Positions 15,480-23,448 of a stretch of DNA of 32,000 nt are shown piece by piece. Location: NCBI RefSeq assembly GCF_001457595.1, contig NZ_LN831039.1:4170001-4202000 (forward strand). The letters run 5' to 3'. The notes below the pieces were generated by a model. The model made no database searches and was not told the DNA's origin. It saw only the letters and a program-made list of their open reading frames with translations. A program made the translations under genes and the position numbers. Origin of the DNA: Mycolicibacterium smegmatis (GTDB lineage: Bacteria > Actinomycetota > Actinomycetes > Mycobacteriales > Mycobacteriaceae). Within the stretch, counting starts at the first letter, position 1. Each line of letters begins with the position of its first letter.

Positions 15480-17087
15480 TCAGGTGTCACGGTCGTCCTG
15501 TCTGGGGTCTCGACGCGGCGCGAAATCCACCTCGGACGTGGACCTGTCGCGGGGAAGTCGCGCCTTGGCAATCTTCTGGGTGTCGGTCAGCGGAAACTCC
15601 GTCACGAGTTCTATGTAGCGAGGCCGCTTGTAAGGAGGCAGCTTCGTTGCCGACCACTGCGCGAGTTCTGTCGGCGACGCGGTCTCACCCGGTCTCAACT
15701 GAACGAACGCCTTCACGTCCTCTTCCGAAAGCGCCGAAGGGACGCCGATCACAGCGACGGCGCGGACCGCGGGATGGGACCCGATCGCATTCTCGACCTC
15801 GGCCGGGGACAGATTCTCGCCCTTGTATCTGATGACCTCTTTGGCACGCCCCCCGAAGAAGAAATGCCCGTCGGGTCGGCGTACTGCGAGGTCGCCGGTG
15901 CGTAACCAGCCGCCTGGGCGCATCGCCGCAGATTCAGTCGTCTTGCCGAAATAGCCCGGCGTGATGGCCGGATTGCGCAGCTCAAGCTCGCCGGTCGTAC
16001 CGTCAGCGACCTCGTGACCGTCGGCATCCACCACGCGCACCTCGTTGACGGCGCCCAGAGTGGGGTGCTGTCGAGGAACTCCCATCGATCCGTACACCGT
16101 GGGCTCATCGACCGGAACGATGAGTCCGTAAGGGGTTTCCGACAACGCGTAGCCGACGACCAGGCGGAACCCGAATCGATTCTCGATCTCTCGGTGGCGC
16201 GCGGGCGCGGGAGCGGGCGCCGAGTAACACAAGCGCACCCGAGCACGTTCTTGAGACACTGAAGGCGGCTGTGCCATCAAAGCTTCGAGCATCGCACCGA
16301 TCGCGTTGAACACCGTCGCGCCGTATTTGGCAACATCCGACCAGAAGCTCGATGCCGAGAATCGGGGAAGCAGGACCAGCTTTGCACCGCAGCCCCAGGA
16401 CCCCAGGACCGAATACGCCTGCGCATTGAGATGGGACAGCGGCAGTGTGGTGAGAAGCACGTCTTCGTCGTCGAGTCCGAGCCAATGAGCAAAACCCTCA
16501 CCGGCCATCGTGTACATCCGGTTCGTTTCGATGACGAACTTCGGTTTACCGGTACTTCCCGAGCTCTGTATGAAACTCACCGGATCATCGGGCCCGGCCG
16601 GCGGTCTGTCCAGGCTGACCACGGCCTCATCGCTCGCGGCATGTGCCTCGTCGATGAACATCACCGGCACCGGCTGTCCTCCCGGTGGCGTGTGTTCGAC
16701 GTGGCCGACCTCCAGACCGGCTTCTACGAGGACCAATGCCGGCCGGACCTCGTCGATCACTGCCGGAAGTTCGGACGCGACAGCTTTGGGGTTGATCGAT
16801 ACCGTGACGGCGCCGCAGAGTATCAGGCCCAACCACGCCCGCACGAAGTCCAATCCGTTGCCCGCCACCAGGACCACACGGTCCCCTTTGCGGACCCCCT
16901 TCGCGATCAAACCGGCCGCGATTCGCGAGCCGTCTCGGAGGGCGTCAGCCCGGCTGATCTCCTCGCGTGGGGTGATGCACCATGTGCGATCGGGCCATCG
17001 GGCTGCGGCTCGAGACAGGTAGCTCACCAAAATGGGGTCATATGAATGGGTTACGGCCGCGTCCGAGTTCGCGTCGACGGAGGTCAT
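15480..17087 (-). CDS. AMP-dependent synthetase/ligase (acyl-CoA or aryl-CoA ligase)
   Basis: FIQSSGSTGKPKFV (AMP-binding motif), GYALSETP, WLRTGDLAVRRPDGHFFFGGRAKEVIRYKGENLSP. Start moved to the ATG at 17087, which forms ATGA with the upstream gene stop. Confidence 0.9.
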   Translation of the reverse strand: MTSVDANSDAAVTHSYDPILVSYLSRAAARWPDRTWCITPREEISRADALRDGSRIAAGLIAKGVRKGDRVVLVAGNGLDFVRAWLGLILCGAVTVSINPKAVASELPAVIDEVRPALVLVEAGLEVGHVEHTPPGGQPVPVMFIDEAHAASDEAVVSLDRPPAGPDDPVSFIQSSGSTGKPKFVIETNRMYTMAGEGFAHWLGLDDEDVLLTTLPLSHLNAQAYSVLGSWGCGAKLVLLPRFSASSFWSDVAKYGATVFNAIGAMLEALMAQPPSVSQERARVRLCYSAPAPAPARHREIENRFGFRLVVGYALSETPYGLIVPVDEPTVYGSMGVPRQHPTLGAVNEVRVVDADGHEVADGTTGELELRNPAITPGYFGKTTESAAMRPGGWLRTGDLAVRRPDGHFFFGGRAKEVIRYKGENLSPAEVENAIGSHPAVRAVAVIGVPSALSEEDVKAFVQLRPGETASPTELAQWSATKLPPYKRPRYIELVTEFPLTDTQKIAKARLPRDRSTSEVDFAPRRDPRQDDRDT

Positions 17088-17590
17088 ACCGGTGTCGCCT
17101 CCCCTGGAAGCCCGATCTGCGTCAGCCACTCATTCTTGTCGAAGTAGGTGCGGACCTCAGTTACGGCTGCGGAGTTCACCCCGAGAACGACAACGCCCGG
17201 CACGGAAAGCGCCCGGTCCCTCTCGTTCGCCGGCGAGCGACGGTGACCTTCGAAAACTATGTCCGCCATGACACGTAGCGCTGACGCTCCCTGTGCCGCG
17301 ACAGGTCCGGCGACGATGCGCAGCTTCAGGTCCGGGTACTCGGCCATGGTGCGCTGGAAATGGGTTATGGCTGCGCTGCGACCTTGCACAGGCCGATCGG
17401 AGAACAAAGACCGGATGACAACATCGGGATGCAGCAGGGTGCTCAACCGTCCGGAGTCGACCGCGTCGTGTGCCTGGAACCAGTGCATGGCCACATCGAC
17501 GGCGTTTCGGAGCGTGTCCTCGTTCAGCTCCCGCCGGCTCACGGCCGCTAGATCGGGTCGCTCATTCCTCTGTGGCAGAGACTTTTTCAC
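17084..17590 (-). CDS. NTF2-like / SnoaL-like domain protein
   Basis: 168 aa. GTG start preceded by GGGAGGTG. The pattern HWFQAHDAVDSGRLSTLLHPDVVIRS...GRSAITHFQRTMAEYPDLKLRIV...VTEVRTYFD is typical of SnoaL-like folds as I recognise them. First gene of a three-gene operon. Confidence 0.6.
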   Translation of the reverse strand: MKKSLPQRNERPDLAAVSRRELNEDTLRNAVDVAMHWFQAHDAVDSGRLSTLLHPDVVIRSLFSDRPVQGRSAAITHFQRTMAEYPDLKLRIVAGPVAAQGASALRVMADIVFEGHRRSPANERDRALSVPGVVVLGVNSAAVTEVRTYFDKNEWLTQIGLPGEATPV

Positions 17591-17909
17591 TCGATCACCT
17601 CCCGCGGAGTGCTGATTCCGAGGCCACGGAACGCCGTTCGGTGACGCAACGACTCGGGGATTTGGGGCGGCGGTGTCACACGACTCCTCACGTCGTACAG
17701 CTCAGCACACTCAAGCCCGGCAGCAAATCTAACGCTGTTCTTGGCCGGTCATTGCGCAGAGACAGTTGAATACGATTTGACGTGCTGCGAATGTAGGTGT
17801 GAGTCGCTGGCCCTGTCAACCATGCGCACAAGAGCGGGCTTCAACCCGAGATGGCAACGAAATAACGACCCGAACAAGAAGCAGCGAGGATTCGATCGCA
17901 CGAAGACCC

Positions 17910-17940
17910 TTGACAAGGGCGATATCTGTTCGTATACGAT
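17910..17940 (+). promoter_or_regulatory. candidate promoter TTGACA-N19-TACGAT whose -10 lies inside the palindromic operator TTCGTATACGAT (17929-17940)
   Basis: Read directly, about 100 bp upstream of the aldehyde dehydrogenase ATG. The same 12-mer occurs at 21548-21559. A weaker relative, tGAATACGAT, lies at 17767-17776. Confidence 0.35.
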
Positions 17941-18041
17941 TTTCGTTCAGCAGCCTCCCGCGAGTCCTCGACTGGCGAGAATATGGCAAATACCCGAGAT
18001 TCGAGATTCTGCACAGTCACATCGTCGTTAGGAAGTTGGTC

Positions 18042-19544
18042 ATGAGCGCGTTGCACACAGTCGAAACCCCAGACGCCCGCCGGTCGGATTCACCGGTCGA
18101 ATACCGTTGGTATGCAGGCGGGACGTGGCGCCCCGCGGATGAGGATTGGTTCGACGACGCCGACCCTTGGAGCGGTGAGGTCTATGCGCGAGTCGCCCGC
18201 TGCGGCCGGCAGGAAGCCGCAGCTGCCGTCCAGGCTGCTGCTGACGCGTATCCAGCATGGTCGCAGACGACCCCAAGAGAAAAGGCGCGGCTGTTTCGCG
18301 CCGCAGCGGCAGTCGTGGCCCGGCGCCGGGACGATTTGGCTGTGACGCTTGCTCGCGAAACCGGCACGACCAAGGTCAACGCCGACTTCCAGATCACACT
18401 GACAATCGAACTCATCGAGCAGGCCGCGGGCTGGGTGTACCTGCCGGCCGGTGAGGTACTGCGATCTGACTTCGCCGACACCTCGCAGACCGTCGTACGA
18501 CGTCCGCTGGGGGTTGTTGCGAGTTTCACGCCGTGGAACGGAGCGACGATCTTGTCGTGGCGGGCAGCGTTGTCGCCCATCGCCGCAGGCAATACCGTCG
18601 TCGTCAAACCGTCGGAGCTTGCGCCCGTCTCAGCCGGGTTACAACTCGCAGAGATCATGGAGGAGGCAGGTTTTCCTGCAGGTGTGGTCAACGTCGTGAC
18701 CCATGGGCCCGGCGAGGCCGGCCCCATCGCCGACGAGTTCTTCGACAATCCTCTCGTAAGATGCATCAACTTCATCGGAAGCGTACCCACCGGCAGAATG
18801 CTGGCAGAGCGGGCCGGCGCGACGCTCAAGCGCTCTGTGATGGAACTCGGTGGTTACAACCCGTTGATCATTCTCGAAGACGTCGATCTCGACTACGCCG
18901 TACGCGTGGCTGCCTTCAGCGCCTTCTTCCATCAAGGCCAGATTTGCCTCAACGCGCGAAAAATTCTCGTCCACCGGGATATCTACGACGAGTTCGTTGC
19001 GCGGTTGGTGGCCAAGGCAGAGTCGCTGACTTCCGGGGACCCATTGCACGCAGACACATTCATCGGACCGCTGATCACACCTGCGGCGGTCGAACTGGTC
19101 CATGCGCGCGTCAACGATGCCGTGGCCAAAGGGGCCAGATTGTTGACGGGCGGCACCTACGACGGCCCGGTGTACGCCCCCACCGTCTTGGTCGATGTGC
19201 CCGATGACGCCGTCGTCTCATCTGAGGAGACGTTCGGTCCAGTGGTCGTCGTGCATCCGGTCGACACCGCCGAGGAAGCCATCGAGATCGCGAATCGACC
19301 CCTCTACGGTCTGTCTTCGGCAATTCTCTCCGGTGACACCCATCGAGCGACCAAACTCGCCGAATCCCTCCGTTCCGGAGTGGTGCGGGTGAATCTGCCC
19401 ACAATCGACGATGAGATCCAGGCACCGATCGGAGGCGTACGCGACAGCGGATGGGGGCGCTCTGGCCCATGGGCACTGCAGGACTTCACCGACCTGGTGG
19501 CCATCGCGGTTCAGAGCGGCCAACGAGATCTTCCGATCTCCTGA
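18042..19544 (+). CDS. NAD(P)-dependent aldehyde dehydrogenase
   Basis: Start trimmed to the ATG at 18042 (GGAAG upstream). VMELGGYNP (catalytic Glu region), FFHQGQICLNARK (catalytic Cys), EETFGPV. Confidence 0.9.
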   Translation: MSALHTVETPDARRSDSPVEYRWYAGGTWRPADEDWFDDADPWSGEVYARVARCGRQEAAAAVQAAADAYPAWSQTTPREKARLFRAAAAVVARRRDDLAVTLARETGTTKVNADFQITLTIELIEQAAGWVYLPAGEVLRSDFADTSQTVVRRPLGVVASFTPWNGATILSWRAALSPIAAGNTVVVKPSELAPVSAGLQLAEIMEEAGFPAGVVNVVTHGPGEAGPIADEFFDNPLVRCINFIGSVPTGRMLAERAGATLKRSVMELGGYNPLIILEDVDLDYAVRVAAFSAFFHQGQICLNARKILVHRDIYDEFVARLVAKAESLTSGDPLHADTFIGPLITPAAVELVHARVNDAVAKGARLLTGGTYDGPVYAPTVLVDVPDDAVVSSEETFGPVVVVHPVDTAEEAIEIANRPLYGLSSAILSGDTHRATKLAESLRSGVVRVNLPTIDDEIQAPIGGVRDSGWGRSGPWALQDFTDLVAIAVQSGQRDLPIS

Positions 19545-19557
19545 ACGGACGGCTGCG

Positions 19558-20697
19558 ATGAGTCATTCACAAATCTTTCCAACTCCGACGGATACTCGCA
19601 CGATCTCCGCCGCTCTGGTCAGAGCGACGGGCGAGCCATTCGTGATCACAGACCTCGCCCTGACCGGTCCGAGAGCCGACGAAATCCTGGTCCGCGTGGA
19701 CGCCGTCGGCATCTGCCACGCCGATACTCAAGCTCAGACCGGCGCACTGCCGGTGCCGGCGCCGATGGTCGCCGGCCACGAGGGCACCGGCATCGTCGAA
19801 GAGGTCGGCTCGGACGTCCAACACTTGAAGTGCGGAGACCGTGTCATCCTCACCTTCGACTCCTGTGGCGGTTGCGACCGGTGCCGGTCAGGCATTCCGA
19901 CCCAATGCCGTGAGTTCGTGAACCGAAATTTCACGGCCGGAGCACGTCCCGATGGCACCGCACGACTGCACCTCGACACCAACGCCGTCAACGGGAGTTT
20001 CTTCGGCCAATCATCCTTCGCGACATATGCGTTGGCCACCGAACGAAACGCGGTCGCCGTCTCCACACAACTGCCGCCAGAACTGCTCGCGCCAGTCGGT
20101 TGCGCCATCCAGACCGGCGTGGGCACCGTGCTCGACGTTCTCGCCCCGCCCCCCGCCGCGCCCGTGGTGGTATTCGGCGCGGGTGCGGTAGGACTCTCCG
20201 CCGTCATGGCTGCCGCAGCGACCGGTCACGAAGTGGTCGCGGTCGACACCAAGCCTGAACGACTCGATCTCGCACGCAAGCTCGGTGCAACACACGTCGT
20301 CGATCCTGCACGCGCCGACGTCACGAGAGCCATCACGGCGATCATGCCTGGCGGTGCACCCCACGTCTTCGAAAGCAGTGGCGCACCAGTCGCTCTCATC
20401 GCCGGCGTCGAGGCGCTGGCGCCCGGCGGGACGATCGCGGTAGTGGGCACCAGCGCAGCCGGTGTCACAGTCGGGATCGACGTCGTCGACCTGGTCAACA
20501 AGAGCAAGCACATCGTCGGGGTCGTCGAGGGCGCGTCCCGACCGCATGAATCGATCCCGCGACTGGTCAAGATGATCGAGGACGGAGCTCTCCCCGTGCA
20601 CGAGATCGTCACCACATTTCCGCTGGAGGACATCGCCGCGGCAATCGACGCCGCCAAGAGCGGACGGGTGGTGAAGCCCGTTCTGCTACCGCACTGA
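19558..20697 (+). CDS. zinc-dependent aryl-alcohol/benzyl-alcohol-type dehydrogenase
   Basis: Start ATG at 19558, 13 nt after the ALDH stop. GICHADTQ, GHEGTGIVEEVGSDV, structural-zinc CGGCDRCRSG, Rossmann VVVFGAGAVGLSAVMAA. Confidence 0.9.
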   Translation: MSHSQIFPTPTDTRTISAALVRATGEPFVITDLALTGPRADEILVRVDAVGICHADTQAQTGALPVPAPMVAGHEGTGIVEEVGSDVQHLKCGDRVILTFDSCGGCDRCRSGIPTQCREFVNRNFTAGARPDGTARLHLDTNAVNGSFFGQSSFATYALATERNAVAVSTQLPPELLAPVGCAIQTGVGTVLDVLAPPPAAPVVVFGAGAVGLSAVMAAAATGHEVVAVDTKPERLDLARKLGATHVVDPARADVTRAITAIMPGGAPHVFESSGAPVALIAGVEALAPGGTIAVVGTSAAGVTVGIDVVDLVNKSKHIVGVVEGASRPHESIPRLVKMIEDGALPVHEIVTTFPLEDIAAAIDAAKSGRVVKPVLLPH

Positions 20698-20749
20698 ACA
20701 GCCCTCACGACACGCGTCGACGCATCGGCAAGCCCCTCTGCCAGTATCA

Positions 20750-21415
20750 ATGATCGGACACTCGACCATGACCCACTCGAAAACCAAAGATCATGCCGCG
20801 CAGGCGGATTCCGACATCGCACAACGCCTCTCGGCCTTGGGCGACGATGGACGAGACCTGCTGTTCCGACGGGCACGCACGGCCAACACGTTCTCGGCCG
20901 AACCTGTCGCCGACGCACTACTCGAAGAAGTTTGGGACCTTGCACAATGGCCGCCGACCTCGGCCAACGGCAATCCTCTTCGCATCGTTTTCATTCGGTC
21001 ACCAGAAGCCAAGGCGCGGTTGCTTCCGTGTATAGACGAAGGCAATCGGCCCAAGGTCGCCGCTGCCCCTGTCACCGCCGTGCTGGCCACCGATACGGCC
21101 TTCTTCGAATCGATACCGAAGCTGCTTCCGTTCAAGCCCGAGATGCGTGACTTGCTGGCCGGACGCAGCGACCGCGACCACATCGGCGAATTCAATGCAA
21201 CGCTCCAGATCGGCTACTTCATCATGGCGGTCCGCGCCGTCGGTCTGGCTGCCGGCCCGATGGCGGGGTTCGACCGCGCAGGCGTCGACGCGGAGTTCCT
21301 GACAGGCACCACATGGCGTTCTCTGTTGACCGTCAACATCGGCCACCCAGGCCCGGCGGCGTGGTACGACCGTCTTCCGCGACACGATCCCAGCGACATC
21401 GTCAGATTCGTCTAG
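20750..21415 (+). CDS. RutE-like malonic semialdehyde reductase / nitroreductase-family protein
   Basis: LLFRRARTANTFSAEPV...WPPTSANGNPLRIVFIRSPEAK...APVTAVLA...GLAAGPMAGFDRAGVD...NIGHPG...RLPR aligns by eye along its length with E. coli RutE as I recall it. Start uncertain (20750 or 20768). Confidence 0.75.
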   Translation: MIGHSTMTHSKTKDHAAQADSDIAQRLSALGDDGRDLLFRRARTANTFSAEPVADALLEEVWDLAQWPPTSANGNPLRIVFIRSPEAKARLLPCIDEGNRPKVAAAPVTAVLATDTAFFESIPKLLPFKPEMRDLLAGRSDRDHIGEFNATLQIGYFIMAVRAVGLAAGPMAGFDRAGVDAEFLTGTTWRSLLTVNIGHPGPAAWYDRLPRHDPSDIVRFV

Positions 21416-21463
21416 CGCGACGCGCTTTGCCGAGTTGAAACCCCCCTCTGCAAACCCACCAAC

Positions 21464-21475
21464 ATGTATACGAAC
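21464..21475. promoter_or_regulatory. half-conserved copy of the operator (atGTATACGAAc)
   Basis: Read directly. A further degenerate copy, TTCGcATACa, lies at 21490-21499. Confidence 0.25.
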
Positions 21476-21529
21476 ACTCAACGTCAAGGTTCGCATACAG
21501 ACGAAAATCCCAGATAACTCGAACATCCA

Positions 21530-21559
21530 TTGAGACTCGGGTCACTCTTCGTATACGAT
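21530..21559 (+). promoter_or_regulatory. candidate promoter TTGAGA-N18-TACGAT with embedded operator TTCGTATACGAT (21548-21559)
   Basis: Read directly, about 65 bp upstream of the dioxygenase ATG. The 12-mer is identical to the one at 17929-17940. Confidence 0.35.
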
Positions 21560-21624
21560 CAGGCAGTATCGCTTTGAGTGGCCTCCCTTATGCAGCCCAG
21601 CGCCGGACTCGAGGAGACATACGC

Positions 21625-22509
21625 ATGGACATCACCCCGGACGAGTCAGCAGCCGTCGTCGCGGCGAGCTTCGACAACACCCCTGACCCACGGCTCAAGG
21701 AGGTCATGCAGAGTGCCGTAAGGCATCTGCACGACTTTGTCCGGGAAGTCCGTCCGACGAACGCGGAGTGGGAACTGGCAATCGATTTTCTCACTCGCAC
21801 AGGCCAAGCCTGCTCGGAGACCAGACAGGAGTTTATTCTGCTCTCCGATATTCTGGGCGTATCGATGCTGGTGGAGACCCTCAACGATGCGGGAGGCCGG
21901 CTGCCGGAAGGGGACGGGTTACCAGTGACCGCCACCACTGTTCTAGGACCCTTTCACATGACGACAAGTCCGACGCGACGCCTGGGAGAGAATATCGACG
22001 TCGTCGGCTCGGGCATGCCCTGTGTCGTCAAAGGGCATGTCACCGACGTCAGCGGCAACCCGATACCCGGGGCGAAGCTGGACGTCTGGCACGCCAACGA
22101 GGAGGGGTTTTATGACGTGGAGCAGCCGGACAAACAGCCCGCCGGGAACGGTCGCGGTATCTTCACCACCGACGAGGACGGCTCCTACTGGTTTCGTACC
22201 GTCACACCGCGGCACTACCCGATTCCGACCGATGGACCGGCCGGTGGTCTGGTGGTCCAGGCAGGCAGGGCCCCGTATCGACCGGCGCACCTTCACTTCA
22301 TCGCCGAAGCCGACGGCTACGAGGCGGTCACCACACACGTGTTCATGAGCAAGAGTCCCTACATCGACTCTGACGTCGTGTTCGCGGTGAAGAGCAGCTT
22401 GATCCGCGACTTCGTCGAAATCGAAGATGAGCATCAGGCAGCAGACTACGGTGTGCGAGCTCCGTTCCGCCTCGTCCAGTTCGACCTCGCGTTGGCTCAC
22501 GCAGATTGA
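21625..22509 (+). CDS. intradiol ring-cleavage dioxygenase (hydroxyquinol/catechol 1,2-dioxygenase family)
   Basis: Start ATG at 21625, preceded by GAGGAG. RQEFILLSDILGVSMLVE, VLGPFH, GHVTDVSGNPIPGAKLDVWHANEEGFYD, YRPAHLHF (iron-ligand His pair). Confidence 0.9.
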   Translation: MDITPDESAAVVAASFDNTPDPRLKEVMQSAVRHLHDFVREVRPTNAEWELAIDFLTRTGQACSETRQEFILLSDILGVSMLVETLNDAGGRLPEGDGLPVTATTVLGPFHMTTSPTRRLGENIDVVGSGMPCVVKGHVTDVSGNPIPGAKLDVWHANEEGFYDVEQPDKQPAGNGRGIFTTDEDGSYWFRTVTPRHYPIPTDGPAGGLVVQAGRAPYRPAHLHFIAEADGYEAVTTHVFMSKSPYIDSDVVFAVKSSLIRDFVEIEDEHQAADYGVRAPFRLVQFDLALAHAD

Positions 22510-22667
22510 GGGAACGGAATCGCGGCACATCAGCATGACTGCGGCACAATAAGATATCTCCGCACCACGCGGTCTGTATCAGAAGTGATCGCACCCGGTC
22601 GGTCAGGTTCTCGACAGCAGACGTGAGCGAGTTCCCTCACCATCGGCACCCCTGACAAGGAGATCAA

Positions 22668-23426
22668 GTGTCACCCACGCCCGACCCGCAGTCCGCTGTT
22701 CCGGCGCGCGAGATTGCCTACCGAATCGTGTATGACGCCATCGCCTCCGGCCGCTACCTGCCTGGCCAGTGGATCCGGGAAGATGAAGTGACCGCAGAGG
22801 CAGGCGTGAGTAGAACCCCGCTGCGAGAAGCGCTGCAACGCCTTCAATCTGAAGGTCTGGTGCAATTGGTCCGTCATCGTGGCGCACTCGTCGTCGGTTG
22901 GACAAGTGCTGATCTCGATGATCTGTTCGACATCCGTGTGGCGCTGGAAACATACGGCGCTCGGCGAGCCGCCCAACGCCGTGGCGGCGCGCAACTCGAA
23001 AGTTTGCAGAAGCTGTGCGCTTCGATGGACGAGATACTGCCCGCAGCACAGGAACCGGAGTTGCAACAACTCGGGCATCTCTGCATCGATTTTCATCGGG
23101 GAATTCACGAGGCCGCCGACAACAGAAAGCTGCTGTCTGTGATGCCGATGGTGCTCGCCCCGCCGTTCGTCAGTGAGGCTTTTCACCATCATACACGGCT
23201 GGAGTTGGAGCAGGCGTTCGCGCACCACCGCGAACTGGTCGAGGCCATCGCGATCGGCGACGAGGACTGGGCGGAGGGAGTGATGCGTGCACACCTGCGT
23301 CACGGCAGACGATCCCTGCGGCGAATGGAACGTCACCTTCCGCTGATGACGAGTCACGATGCCGAGCCGGCGGTTACCGACACCGGCCAACCAGAGACAA
23401 CGTCGAGCGATCCCGTACACGAGTGA
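22668..23426 (+). CDS. GntR-family (FadR/FCD-type) transcriptional regulator
   Basis: GTG start preceded by AAGGAG. Winged HTH: EDEVTAEAGVSRTPLREALQRLQSEGLVQLVRHRGALV. All-helical C-terminal domain with His-rich FCD-like positions. Confidence 0.9.
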   Translation: MSPTPDPQSAVPAREIAYRIVYDAIASGRYLPGQWIREDEVTAEAGVSRTPLREALQRLQSEGLVQLVRHRGALVVGWTSADLDDLFDIRVALETYGARRAAQRRGGAQLESLQKLCASMDEILPAAQEPELQQLGHLCIDFHRGIHEAADNRKLLSVMPMVLAPPFVSEAFHHHTRLELEQAFAHHRELVEAIAIGDEDWAEGVMRAHLRHGRRSLRRMERHLPLMTSHDAEPAVTDTGQPETTSSDPVHE

Positions 23427-23448
23427 ACTTACGAGGGAAGGAAAGACA

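Noticed and set aside
15437-15571. Upstream extension of the lyase-like ORF to the track start at 15571
   Set aside because: It would overlap the ligase by 92 nt and encodes MPRRDFPATGPRPRWISRR..., which is unlike the family. ATG 15436 or GTG 15490 are more plausible starts.
17741-18041. 96-aa ORF and the 81-codon extension of the aldehyde dehydrogenase ORF in the divergent promoter region
   Set aside because: AT-richer DNA with poor codon bias. The ALDH homology begins at the ATG at 18042, which has an SD.
20226-20945. 239-aa minus-strand ORF
   Set aside because: It is antisense to the Zn-ADH and RutE-like genes and has no motifs.
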